This document shows, piece by piece, positions 1 to 13,848 of a stretch of DNA of 64,000 nucleotides. The first letter of the stretch is position 1. The number at the start of each line of letters is the position of its first letter. A program made the position numbers and the translations under genes. The stretch is from positions 146,010,001-146,074,000 of the forward strand of contig JBITNC010000001.1 of NCBI GenBank assembly GCA_050084985.1, read 5' to 3'. This DNA comes from Nageia nagi. Lineage: Eukaryota; Plantae; Pinophyta. The notes under the pieces were generated by a model, which saw only the letters and a program-made list of their open reading frames with translations, ran no database searches and was not told the DNA's origin.

Positions 1-3000
1 AGTTAGTTAGCGGTGTGCTTATTATTTTTTGACTAGATTTCTCTTATGCTTTATTAGTTAGGTATATTGTACTTGTTTTTCATGTGTGTTAAACATAAAT
101 ACAAGTGTGATTGATGTAATTTATGATTTTAGTAACTCATAAGGTTTTATGTATCATTTATTATATTCTTGAATTATCCTTTAATGGTTGTAGAGTAAAA
201 TATTATATATATTATACTTATTTATTTGATGGAATAGAATGTGATAGCATTTATCAATTATTATTATAGTTTAAGGAAAATGAATAATTAGGTTACAATA
301 GGATTATGACTATTTTATAGAAATTTATGTTTCTAAAATTTGGCTCCAAGACATCATATTGTAGGAATAAATTGTTTCTAGTTAAGAGGTTTTATGTTGA
401 GCAATCTGTAATGGATACAAATATCATATTTGAATACATGGAGGATCTAATATTTTATGGTAAAAATTATCCTTGTTGGAAAGTATATATGAAGAATTTG
501 TTAAAGGATAAAAGGCAGTGTAAGATCATGAAATAAGTATGTGAAGAGCCAACCACATAGAGCATTATTGAAGGAGAAAAGAAGTAGACAAGGAAGAAAG
601 AGAAATGCAAAAGTTGCATAGCTCTCATGGACATGAGAAGAGATATGAAACATAATATTTTTCCTCTCATTGCTAATCATAAATTATCTACAATAGCATG
701 GAAAATATTGAATGATTATTATGGGTATAATGAGGACACTCATAAATATAAATATCATAATCTAAGAGATTGTATGATAAAGGATAAGCCTTATTCCTTT
801 GGAGATCCTTTTGGAGAGGCTTGTGAAGACTCATGTTATTGTTATGGAGAGGCTTGTTCTTGTTATGAAGATCTATATATGTTTGTTGAGTATTTATTTG
901 AATACTCAAGTGGAGATAAGTCTTATAAAGAAGACATGAATAATGAATTCTACTTTCTAAAGTAATATGATGCAAAATCCTTTTCTAAAAATAAAGATGT
1001 ATAGGAGGTCCTACATGTGCCTTATGAAACTCTAATGGAATAAAGTAATGTTGATGGATTTAATATGAAAAAATTATAGAATAAAATGAATATGTAACAT
1101 GTTTGCCAAGCATGTACATGGGTGAAGAATCATTCTATGATAATGATAATGAAGATACTCATGGTGAGGTAGATGAATAATTCCTAATAGAAAAGGCATA
1201 TATTGATGAACATCTCATGGAGGGTATGTATTATGAAGAGAGTATCATGAGATATACTTATGAATAAGAGTATTTTATAGAGAAGATACAAAATCTATTT
1301 TGTATTGAATTTTTCTTCATGGAGAAAGAACAAAATCAAATATTTCATCAAGCCATTCTCATGGAAGATAATGATAAAGAGACAACCCTAAAATATTAGT
1401 ATGATGAAGAGGAAACAATCATGAAAGAGTATTATATTGAAGATAAGCCATGGAAAAATCAAGATGATAGAGAAAAATTCTTATGGAGGAATATTTGATA
1501 GCTCATGATCAAGACCATTTATATGAAATTTATAAATCATATTTTGAATACCACTTAGATAATTATTTTCATGAAGACAAGGTGCTAAATTTGAATTTTT
1601 GGCTCACTTATGATGAGGACCATTCACTTTGAATGGTTGCATGCTCTCTTGAAATAGAAAATGAATATCTTCTACAAATGGAACAAAAATATATTAGAGT
1701 TCCTCCAAAGGGGAAAAATGAATGACAAAGATAAACACTCATGATGGACTATCGCATGGCTAAATATTACTTACATGAGTAGAGATAAATGATGAAATTA
1801 ACTCATATGGATTGAATATTAATTGTATAAAAAATGACCAAGTTATGTTAAATGTTGATCCACATGAAAATATTGATGAAGGGGAGATCATAATTATGAC
1901 CTTTATGTTTTAATATCAGTCATAAGAAGTGAAGGATATATTATGTTAAGAAAAGAGTAGGAAAAGTTATCTCATTTGCGAGGTGGAAAATGAGATATAG
2001 AATTAAGATGAAACCAATATTGGTGAACTTTAACTTGTCATGACTATGGAGGCATAAATTATTAGAGGTGAAAATCACTCACTTGGATTCATATTAAAGA
2101 AGAGTTATCTTGAAATAAAAAATCTAGAAGAAACTACATCAATTGAATATGGACATCTCTCATATAGAGTGACTAAAAATGGAAAATGGAATTTTTCTAA
2201 GTTCTTGAAGAGACAATAATGGATGTGGGATATTTCAAGATACTAACATGGATTATACAAAAATATATAACTTCATGGTAAGCATTCAAGAAGACTTTCC
2301 TTCATAGAAATAGGATTCTACTCATTAAGTAACCATTAGATGTGATAATTATTTATTTTTTGGTCTATCTACTAATGTTTATTTGAGTAGATATGTTATA
2401 GATAATATATATGTTATTGGCGTGAATAAGAAATAAGAAAAATATCTTATGAACATATTAGTTGCAAGAAAAATACACTTTGAAGTTTTTCTCATAGAGA
2501 TAGTTTTAAAGAAGGGCCTATTTGGATTGAAGACATTGGTGATCAAATTAGATTTTTTAAACTCAAGTAAAAATGATAATTTATATGATCTAATTTCTTT
2601 TAAGAAGCAATTATGTGAAGTAGTAATAAGTAATGACTATTTATAAGAGGATAAAAACTTGGTTTCATATATCATAGGTTATTGTATAGCCATGTTTATG
2701 TTGAGTTTATGTGTATTGGTTACGAAGAGAATTGTGATGCATAATCATCTTTTTGAGATGATTAATATCAATTCATGCTCATTAGCAAAATAGATATGAA
2801 ATGTTGTAAAAGATGCATACTTGAAAGCATACTTGAAAGAGAGAGTACTTATTTAAATAAAAAACTAAAAAACATTTATATGAAATGGTAGTCAATAATC
2901 CTAACACACTTATTCATCTACATCAAGAAGGAACAACATAAAATTTTGTGAAGATAACATAAGGAGAAAGAAATGAGTGTCAAAAATAATTATATGCAAA

Positions 3001-3466
3001 TTTAGATTTTTTGTTGAAATATTTGAGCATACATAAAAGATCTAGTTTCTTCTAAGTTTATGATACTTCTTGAATCCTAAATAATTCCTATTGCATCAAG
3101 GGGGAAAATGTTAGAAACATAGCGTCCTAAATATAATAATTCCATATCAAAACTAATATTGTAAACTCTCTTCTTATAAAAATGTTTCCTATTGCATTTT
3201 ATCAGTATTAAATGTAGTCCCTAATATTGTACTTATAAAATAAAACCATGTTTCCTAAATAAAACTATGTTTATCAAATGCTATCATATTTCATAGGAAA
3301 TCCTAACAAAAAGTTATTTATTGGTGTGTTTGTTATTTTAGGAGTCAATTTCCTTCATGGTTTGTTTGTTACAAGTCTTGTAATTCATATTCAAAGTATG
3401 TTAGACATAGATAAAAGTGTGGTTGATGTATTTTATGAGTTTATTCATACATGATGATTACATGCA
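1..3466 (+). mobile_element. Highly decayed LTR retroelement: partial 5' LTR at about 1-156, purine tract at 3098-3108, 3' LTR starting TGTTAG at 3109
   Basis: 1-150 aligns loosely with 3311-3460 (e.g. gtgttaaacataaatacaagtgtgattgatgta vs tatgttagacatagataaaagtgtggttgatgta). The tract aagggggaaaa lies directly before TGTTAG. The internal region has only broken acidic ORF fragments. Confidence 0.4.
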
Positions 3467-3679
3467 ATAAACCAAAAAGGGTTTTAGGGGTGAATAAATT
3501 AAGGAAGTTTAAAGGTGATAAGTTTTATCTACCTCATTTATAGGGTTTGGTGTGGATTTTTATAGGGTGGTTTAAAATTACCTAAACTTTATACCTTTTA
3601 TAAAATAATATTTTTCACTATAATAATTTAGGAATGGTTAAAGGAGATTCATATGGGCATATCCATGTTGCTACCTAGT

Positions 3680-4400
3680 AAACACTCACTTAGATAGATT
3701 AATCAAATTTGGATTAGTTAATATTGTAATAATATTTTATGGATCTCACTTCCTTAACACATATATCATTAAGAGGATGCCACATATGTGACCCCACTAT
3801 TTATGTGCACTAATATGTACTACAAATATTCTCTTCATGACATAGTGATTTCTACTTGAGTCCCATATCATTCAAGTTAATGATATTCCATAGGTTAGAT
3901 ATATATACTAGTGAAAAACACTTTCTATTAGTGGTGAAGGTAGGGTTATCCTACTTAATCTTTTATAGGATACAAGTATAACATCATCACCTTATGGAAT
4001 AGTTATCATATCCCTATATGGTTAACTGTAAGGAATATATGACCACAAGTGAACCTCATTTGGTAACTACAATTTTGAAATCTTTTTTCAATAAACCTAT
4101 TAAGAAATATGAAATCCTAGCCTTACCTAGGTCTACCATTTCATTTGACATCCTTGCACCAATATCTCATGCAACCATATATACTTAAGTTAATATATCA
4201 ATAATATCCTAGATGATTTGTATATTCTAGTCATTTTATTAATTTAGTTTTAAATGAAATTCATCCAACTATATCATATTAGGAATTATTTATCACCAAG
4301 ATAAGTACATATTTTATATATTTGAAAGCTTTTCCAATCATAAACCATTGTTTACTAAGTCCTGAACATAGAGTAATTATGTGATGAATAAATCAATATT
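3680..4400. mobile_element. Old fragment related to the long Tekay-like LTR seen at 48521 and 60929
   Basis: acatcatcaccttatggaatagttatcatatccctata (about 3981) matches catcatcacctatggaataatcatcatactcctata (48981) and its counterpart near 61370; flanking blocks are co-linear. Boundaries approximate. Confidence 0.55.
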
Positions 4401-6229
4401 TAATAAATATAATTTCATATGCAAATGCTAAAACTCTAAGTACATTTTGATTATTGATAAATAAGTAGTTAAAACATTATAGAAAATGTAGATATAATAT
4501 AATTACTAATTTCCCAAATAAATATTCCATATGCATGACTCAACAAAAATAATTTTACTTTAATAGTACACTACTAAAAAATAATAGTATTAAGTCGAGA
4601 GTACCACATAAGATAACTTCTCTTAATAAGGCATTACAATAGGAAATGATCCTTACATATAGACTCTTTTTCATCTTATATAAATTCAAAACATATTTAT
4701 TTATTGTTGTCATCATGTTTTACAAAAGTGTTAGGTTCAACTAGACAAAACTTATCTAACAAGGTTCACTTGACCACTAATTGTGATCATACCTTATTGG
4801 GGTTAACATTTGAATTTAAAATAATAGACTTATAACATATTATGTTAACATTATGATTAAAATTATGTTAAAATAATAGACTTATATCCCTTTTTATATT
4901 TAATCTTAGTATCATATTTTATTCTCTTATAACATCAAATGGTTTTCTTATTCATCATTTAGTTTTCTTGTTTTTCACCTTTCATAATCCATTCTACATC
5001 CATTACAATACAACTTTATACCATAATCTTATTTTTGCAAGTTATTAATTTATTCCACTAAGTTTCATAATGTTTTATAATCAATATTATCAAATTCACT
5101 TTATGTATATTTTGAAATCCACTATACATATTAGAACATAAACATTGTTATTTCTAAAGTAATACCATGTATATATAAATTATTTAAGAGGAAGAGGAGC
5201 CTATATAAGGATTTACATTTTTATTATTTTTAAATAATTATTTTACAATATTTATTCTAAAATCACTTGATATATTTCAAAGTTTACTAGAAATACATCA
5301 CTTTGATTTTAAAGTTGTAGTTTCTAATTTTGATAGCTACATCAAAATCCAAGATTCATATCTATAATTTGTAATTTATTCTTTTATAAAAAATTTGAGT
5401 GCGACCTTAAATTCATTATTAGGTATTGTTCATAATATAATTTGAGTAAACATATTTGAAGCAATTATCTTGGATGGAGGATATTAATTAAGAGAATTTT
5501 CAAACTTATGCACCATTAAGTATCATCATAACACCCATTAGCACCTTCACATATATTTTTGAAAAGAGCATAATTTATTTCCATTATAGTATAATTATGA
5601 AATAAGAAACTTAGTACAATTGGATAAATTATTTCCATTATAGTATACTTTATTTCAATAACCTCCTCTACATCAAAATAATAAGATACATTGAATAAAA
5701 AAAATTCTTAAAGTCTAAGTATTCAAAAGATTTTTGAGGTCCTATCTCCCTCTATCTTCCATGCAACCTTTATGTGAACTCATGGTCTTTTTGGCTTGAG
5801 GTACTAGGTTATAGTTGGATTTAGGAAGGATTGAGAAAATTCTTTTTATATTATGGTATGCATGTTACTCTTAGATGCTCAAATAAAATTATTAATGAAG
5901 TACATTTCTTCATATCAAAATTTTTAACATGCATTCTAATTATGCATCTAAAAAATTTATACATTTAGTCCATCTAGATCTAGAGCAAGTCATAGTCAAC
6001 TTAATGACTACCCCTCTTCCTTGATATTGGAGTTTGTTTTATATGAGATATACAATTTTTTTATAAATACTTACTTCATATATTGTATTAAAAGTAGTAG
6101 TATTTAAACTTATACTAACATATGTAATAAATATATCATCTATAAATTAATTATACTTGAGATTTGGAATAAAATAAAGTACCTTATGATATTTTCTCAT
6201 TTTAGTAAGAAAAAATTTATATATATTTC

Positions 6230-7080
6230 TAATAAAAGCTCTTGATATTGCTTTAGTAAAAATAATCTTTAAATTTTGATATCATCCATCTTTATTCATT
6301 ATTATTTAAACAAAAAATAAAAAATAATGGATTAACTCTATAAACCAGTTGCTCTATCAGTTGTATCATTATCCATATCATATTTTTCAAAGGAACCCAT
6401 TATAAATAACTATTTTTTGTAGGAGAATAAGGTATAACTTATATATGTATATTATCCATCATTTTGTTCCTCAACTAAATCCACTCAATATTTACATCAT
6501 CATGATTTATAATATTTAATAAATTCTAATTATCTTAAAATTTCTAAATATGAATAAGATTTGGTATGATATTATATCCATCAAAACCTTGATCATAAAT
6601 GGCTCTATCTCCTTCATTTTCATATAATGAAATTTTGAGTGTAGAATTTCATGCAAGGAGGGGGTAGTTTCATTCAATCCACATCACTCTATCCCTAGTG
6701 TCATAAATATAAGAAAATATATCAAATGAATCCTTCTTGTTAACTCAAACATACATATGGTTAGCTCATTTTTTAGTATAATCACTAATTGTCAAATGAA
6801 TCCTTACTAGTTGTCCAAGATAATGAAAAGGTAATTTTGTTTGGAATGGCTATTCTAAATCTGAATTTTTATTACAAATTTTTATTACTCCAAACTCTTT
6901 TTACCAAAAATAAAATTGTTTATGATATTACATTTACTTGGAAGAAGGGCATAGGTACCTTTTATTATAGGCTCCATATGACACAAATATCATTTTCCAA
7001 TTATTTATTTTTTCTTATTATAAAATAATACTCTTGATTTATTCCTTTGTAACTACATTTTCACCATGTAAACATCGATA
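6230..7080 (-). pseudogene. Heavily deaminated paralog of the F-box/kelch-type beta-propeller gene at 19922-26391
   Basis: Co-linear nucleotide similarity (about 70% by eye): 6598-6730 (aatggctctatctccttcattttca...tcaaatgaa) vs 20511-20646; aggaacccattataaataac (6391) vs aggaactcattataaacaac (20317); tccactcaatatttacatcat (6480) vs tccactcaatatccacatcat (20397); gaagaagggcata (about 6941) vs gggaaggggcata (about 20924). Confidence 0.8.
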
Positions 7081-9871
7081 TCTACCAAAGAAGTAGCCAA
7101 CAAAAAGCCATTAGTATATACAAGATAGTGGTCAACACATCAATATTGGTATCTATGCAATAGTGTTCAATAAATAGACATTAATATGAATCATAATAGT
7201 GCCTAATGAATCATTATTGATATATAAAAAAGAAATATTCATTGAGAAATTTGAAAAAAATCAAGGTCAAACAAAGTACCTTCTCATATACATGCAAAAT
7301 ATACTCTGTAAGATAAAATCCTTGAAAATAATTAGTTTCACAAAAATATTACTAATAAATAATAAATTATTAAATTATTAATATATTTATAGTATATGCT
7401 TTAACCAATTCATACTATATGTGATCTCTAAATAATGCAAGAGATATATTATTGGATAGATCTTATTGACTACATTTGAAATGAGAGGTTACACAACTAC
7501 CTTTGGATCATCATCAATATATTTATTTTATACATGTTTTCTCTTATACATATCTTACCTACTTTATGTGATGGTTATCCTATCAGATTCTAATTCCTAT
7601 AAAGAAGCCAAATAATACGGAGAAAAGAGAAAGCATTCTAATACCATAATACACATCTTTTAGGAACATCATTGGAGGCATAAAGATTAATAAGTTCAAA
7701 AATGTAATCATTAATCTTAAGAAGATTTTATAGAACTTGATTTAAAGGGTCTATTACCCCATTCATGATAATAATCATTCATATGGTGCTAATGAGGGTG
7801 ATAACTTCTCATTTCTTATTAATTTTATTAGAACTATGAAAAATGTTGCACTCCTAAAGAAAGTTATAGGTACTATGTAAAATGAACTCATTAATTTTAA
7901 TTTCTTATATATAAAAAATATATATATTACCAAATTTGTAGATAACTTATATCATCTTAAAAGGAACTATGTAATTTCATATTAGATCTATCACTCCTCT
8001 TATATTTTAGGAAGAAAAATTATGAGTACTTGTTAAGGTGCATACTCTCCTTGACATCTTTTGTATTACCTAAACCTCTAGGAGATATAAATTAGTTAAA
8101 AATAAATTATTAATATTTATCATGAAAGAAGGTCAAATGGTGTTGAACTTACTAAATTTATCATATCTTATAAAAGTGAAACAGAATCCACTCCATGAAA
8201 GTCTATGTTATCGATGACCTTTAAAAACTTGCAACTCTTCACAAAAGGTCTATTTGAATGCTATAAATATAAAATAATTAATATAAAAGTAACTTTAGGG
8301 AATAAAGGTAGAAGTATTATCTTTAACTAATAAGATAAATGATAGCCCAAGCTAAACTTTATGATCTCTTAAGTTGGAAAAAGATACATGTGTCATTGGA
8401 AGATATATGTGAACTAGGATAATATATGTATTTGATAAAGGAAATGGAGTATGAGTCAAAGCTAATGGAGGAGTGTAAGTAGTTTAAAATACTTTCTATT
8501 ATTTCTTGCATTCAATATTATGCTATATAATGAGCCACCTAATTCATAATAATAGTTGCTATATTGGATATTATGATTAATATGATGGTGTTGTTTTATA
8601 ATGCTTACATACTAGGATTTGATGTTATTTTTAAGTGATTTCATTATGGATTTAAAAGACTATAAAAGTTCTCTAAGTATGATAAATATTATTTATGTAT
8701 GCTGCTTAAATTTAAAGACTCCAACATCAAGAACTCACTTCCCCAAATATCATAGTTTTAGAGGATCGAGGATCAACTTTTATCCTCAATATTGTTACTT
8801 AGGAATTACAAAATTAGTTGCAAAGGTGTTATAATGATGTTTAATATGAATAAGAGTGGGTGAAATTTGTTGGTAGGAGGATTATGGATATTGTTCATGC
8901 ATAACCATGATCATAGGATGTACCCAGGATGAGGCATGAGAGGTTATTTAGAGGGAGGGAAGATACAATCACCCAAAGATAATAGTCATTGCTCTTAACC
9001 GTTTCCAGCATTACCATCACCTATGCAATTATGGAGGTGTAGCCTTGTGATCTGCATGATAGAACAAAACACTGAAGATGAGGTATATTAAAAGGATATA
9101 TGATTTATTTCAAGGACTGCACTATTGTAATATAGGCTTGAAATTAATACTTTACAATAGGTCATGAACTACTTCATAGAAAAACTCATTGGGTATAATA
9201 TCTTGGTTCATAATAATCATAAGGTATGCATATTATAGATATGTTGCCATACCTATGGATTGTTCAAATAAATACCTCATTCAAACATCATCTCATGATT
9301 TATAAGGATTACAAGAGAATGTGCAAGATAGGCCCATTGCAATACTAATATTTCATTTAATTAATTTCTCATCTAAATGTAACCTAAAAAAATATAATAT
9401 TTAAATGATATGCATGAAATTGATTTTATTTGGAAGCCTAGGAGAATATCAAATGTAATTGTATATGTAATGCTAAACTTAACAACCCTTGTAATATTCT
9501 TCCAACATGTACCATCATAAAAGTTCTACTTTATGAGTATCTTGATCGACGTAGGAAAAATATATATGAATACATATGAATCATTTGATAATATGCATCT
9601 ACTAACATGGCTTCCTACTTTCAGCTAGGACAATGACATCATTTGACAAGTTACAATCTTGATAGGTACTCCATAATTGCAATGATAGTAGTATCTACTC
9701 AAAATAGATATGATGGAGGATCTTAAAAATAGTTTGATGAGATGGCATCACAATTAGTGAGATGACTCTATTTTAACAATAAACTCATAAATTGGTAAGT
9801 ATTTTCATGCCAATTATTAAGGTAATTGGAAGAAGATGAGTTCCACTTTGGAGTAACTTTTAGGAACTACT

Positions 9872-10570
9872 AGGTTTTTGTATTTATTTATTAACTTTTT
9901 TTTTGAATTATAAAAGATAACATATATGCACAATATGCATATAATTATTCATAAATTTAAAAAAAAATTAAAATTGAAATTAATAAGTTTAGGTCAAATT
10001 ATACTTGTCGGATACGAGAACTTTTCAAAATGATAGTTAGGGCCATTAAAAATTAATAAAAAAAATATATATTTATTAAAAATTACAAAATATCCTACAT
10101 AGTCTTTAGTTTCTTTTGTACCTTTTCCTAAAAGGATTTAAAAAACTATTTTAATTTAGTTCCAGTTATGCTTTCCATACATGATGGGGAAGGGTATTGA
10201 AAGCGTATTTTTAAAATAGTGGATTTTGTATTTTTTTAATAACTTTTTATTTTCTAGAATTGTGGAAAATAAAATATATGTGCACAATATGCATATAATT
10301 ATTCATAAGTTCAAAAAAAAAATTACAAATTATAAGTTTAGGTCAAACTATGTTTGTTAGATATGAGAACTTTTTGAAACAATAATGAAGCAATATACAA
10401 AATTTAAAATAAATATTCACTAAAAATTTATAAACTAATATCTTACATAATCTTTAGTATTTTAAGTATCTTTAACCAAAAGAATTTAAAAAAATATATT
10501 CTAATTTAGGTCTAATTATGGTTGTCAAACATGATGGGGTATGGTGGTAAAACATTATTTTTTAAATATC
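9872..10570. repeat. Two-copy tandem duplication, unit about 350 bp, diverged
   Basis: tgcacaatatgcatataattattcataa, ataagtttaggtcaaa and catgatgggg each recur about 350 bp apart. Confidence 0.85.
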
Positions 10571-11293
10571 AATTTTTAAATAGGCCTATCAATTAATAAT
10601 TTTAATTATCTAGGTATTGAAATAAATTACAGATTTGAAAACTAGAATTCTACAACTACATTTTTACCTAAGTGATCTTCTTCAAGATTTAGATTCTATG
10701 TTTTTCAACTTTTTAGACCAAGTATGACTAAACCTAAAACTCAAGGAAACCAATTCTACTTTTTGGCCAAAAGTGGGACTCACCTTCTTGCACTTTCCCA
10801 ATCAAAGGTTGAGTAAGATAGAATTAATGTCTAAATTAAGTATTTAGATATTAATTAGAAAATAATTTAGAATTATTTCTAAATGTTATTACTATAATAA
10901 ATTAGTTATCTTTGAGGATTTTTATATTTAATCAAGGATTGAATAAAGGTATTTGGTATGTCAAATTATTCTAAATGTAGCTTTAGCACTTTCTTGTATA
11001 TAGGTGAGATAACAAGATTAGTTATACTTTGATATGTAATATTATAGGTATAATTTATCTTTAGTTATATGTATGAGCAATATGGTTTCATATTATTTTG
11101 GGATAAAGTAGCCTATTGTATGTATAATCTAATATAATCTATATTTGAGAAGTAAATCAATGTCTATTAAGCATATGGTATTGAATATTTAACATAAGTT
11201 GATAAAATAAAATCATATCCTTAATTATGAATTTATGATTTAATTATATTATGCTAGAATAAATTCAGATTTAAGTATTTAACCCTATGATGA

Positions 11294-11333
11294 ACTTTTC
11301 TATAAGTAATAATAATATTACTTATAGAAAAGT
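11294..11333. repeat. Perfect 18-bp inverted repeat with 4-nt loop
   Basis: ACTTTTCTATAAGTAATA-ataa-TATTACTTATAGAAAAGT. Confidence 0.9.
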
Positions 11334-11974
11334 ATCAATGCATATAGTAAACAAATGTTTATTCAAAGGATTACTTCAGTTTATTGGGCTATGCCTTATG
11401 TGCAATTTTTATTAGTAAATTAAAGAATAAATTTAGTTTGATAAGATAAGATTCTTTATCAAGATATAACCTTATGGAATTTATTTTCAATAATATCCAA
11501 ACCAATGTAGGTTAGTTCTCCTATGTTTGAATAAAAAATTCACTAGATAAAATATGGTCGTTAACAAAAATATGTTTTTCTTTAAAAGGTTAATATAACA
11601 TAAAAGTATGAAAGAGAGTGGAATTATAAGTTAATTTGATGACCTTGACCAAATATATAATGAGGTATTCAAAAGTTTATGATAGGATGCTTAATATATT
11701 TTACAATTTGTAAGTTTCTAAGTGATTATAGAACTAAAATATATAATATCATTTTGATATTAAGTGATAACCATTTTTAGGATGTATGTGAACCACTTTA
11801 GATTAATATTTGAATTGGACATTACATTTGGGCTTAAACTAATCAAGCTTATGGAAGTATCAATATTGTTTATGATACACCTTAATGTGGTATTTATTAC
11901 TATGTCTAGTAATACCTTATAGATTTTAAACATAAATAAGGTATTTGCTTATAGTTATTAGTATTTTACTCAAT

Positions 11975-12277
11975 ACTCTTGTTATGGTATTTCTATGAGA
12001 ATAATGATATTAATGTAGATATTGTGTGTAATGTGGGGGAACTAATTATGGCACATTGCAATTACTATTGTTTGTTGAGGTCACCTACTATTGTTGAGTA
12101 TATCCATACAAAAAAATGATAAAAACTCTTGTTATGGTATTTCTATGAGAAGAATGATCTTAATGTAGATATTGTATGTAATGTGGGGGAACTAATTATG
12201 GTACATTGCAATTACTATTGTTAGTTGAGGTCACCTACTATTGTTGAGTATATCCATACAAAAAAATGATAAAAACT
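11975..12277. repeat. Recent 150-bp tandem duplication with ACT microhomology at the junctions
   Basis: actcttgttatggtatttctatgaga...atccatacaaaaaaatgataaaa occurs at 11975 and 12125 with only a few substitutions. Confidence 0.95.
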
Positions 12278-13810
12278 AGTGTTGATGGTCTTATTATTAT
12301 CAAATATGCATGGTGGTGCACATAGATGTTGCATACTTGGTGGTTTGTAATACATTGGTAATGGATTTATCACATCTTGTATTGTTTTGCTTGTGGTGCT
12401 TTGTTATAGGCTCAAAAAGAAGATGGAATGTGTGGTTGTTATTGCATGTGTTTACATTTGTGCATTGTTTATTTTCATATAAATTTATGTAGATGAGATC
12501 ATCATAATGTATTAAACTAAATATTTGATTATATTATAATAAGTTATCAAGAAAGTATCATGTATACCTAGTTTGGATTTTAGCATTATGTTAAATGAAC
12601 ATATGCTTGTATAAGGACAAGAGTTGTAATATGTTTATTATTGTAAGAATAAATATTCTTAGGTAGCATAGCTACCTAGGGTTTACATAGTCTTGAAATC
12701 CCTAGCATTTTCCATGAGCATAGCTAAAACTTATAGTGTTATGTGAATGCCTCGTGGAATGGTTATTTATTTGTTGTAATACTTAAAGTTACTTCTAATG
12801 TTGTATGATTATATTTTATATTTATGTAAAATAAAACAAAGATAAATTATTAATACTGAAGAAAGTAGCTAAGATTGAAAAGCTTATAATGCTAATGATG
12901 TTAAGAATCCTATCGGATATTATTTGAGGATAATGTTTGAAACTAGTTTTATAAAATTAAGTTAGTAAGGAATTCAAACATAAATATAGTTAAAATTAGT
13001 TGAATCATTAAAATAATATTATGGATTGTAATATTTCATGGTTAGAGAGATATAATAAAAAGAAGAATCTTATTGTTCATATTTTTGGTATCTTACAACA
13101 TGTACTATTATCTCTAATTGAGCTATGTAAAGAAAGGAAAATATTATAATTATTATAAAATTTATTATAGTGATATCTTTGTGGTTAAGGATTTTGAGTA
13201 CCCATCATCTTCAACCATTCTTATGTAACTCTTTTTCATTTAGATAAATCATTATACTATATATGGTACTGCACTTACTATAAATAAAGTATATGGTAAC
13301 AAACAAAAATTAAAGAGTAATTATTAGTTTTATTTTCTTATATTAACTATCTTTATCTCTTTTTATGGGGGAATGTGCTAAGAGATATGAATTATCTTAA
13401 GAAACCATTGGAATTAAAAATATATAATTTATACATCCATGTTGATTATCAAAGCTAAAACATAAGTGTATACTACATTTGAAATTTCTTCTAATGTATT
13501 ATTGTTAGTTGTACAAAACTCATCATAAGAAAATCATAAATCCATTAAAGATATCCAAAATAAGAGGCATATAGTTTCTATAGTTTGTACATATAACTTA
13601 TTTTATTTAAGTACTCATAGAAATGTAGATTATCAATATTAAGATAGTCTAAATTCAATATTTTAACTACATATTACTACTTTTTTATAATCTTTAACTT
13701 ACTTTCTTGAAGCTAAATACAAGAGGATTCCTTAATTTCCTATACTATTTTAATTATATTTTTAAGATAATTATTTCGTTCTATATACTAAGAACTAAAC
13801 TAACTTAGTG

Positions 13811-13848
13811 TGTGTGTGTGTGTCTATATATATAGACACACACACACA
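13811..13848. repeat. Perfect 38-bp palindromic microsatellite (TG)6TC(TA)5GA(CA)6
   Basis: Read directly; self-complementary about 13829/13830. Confidence 0.95.

Noticed and set aside
627-965. 112-aa acidic, Cys/Tyr-rich ORF
   Set aside because: Lies in a decayed retroelement interior; neighbouring sequence of the same composition is full of stops; no domain recognised.
7440-9330. Possible gypsy pol remnants
   Set aside because: Too decayed to translate into a convincing motif by eye.
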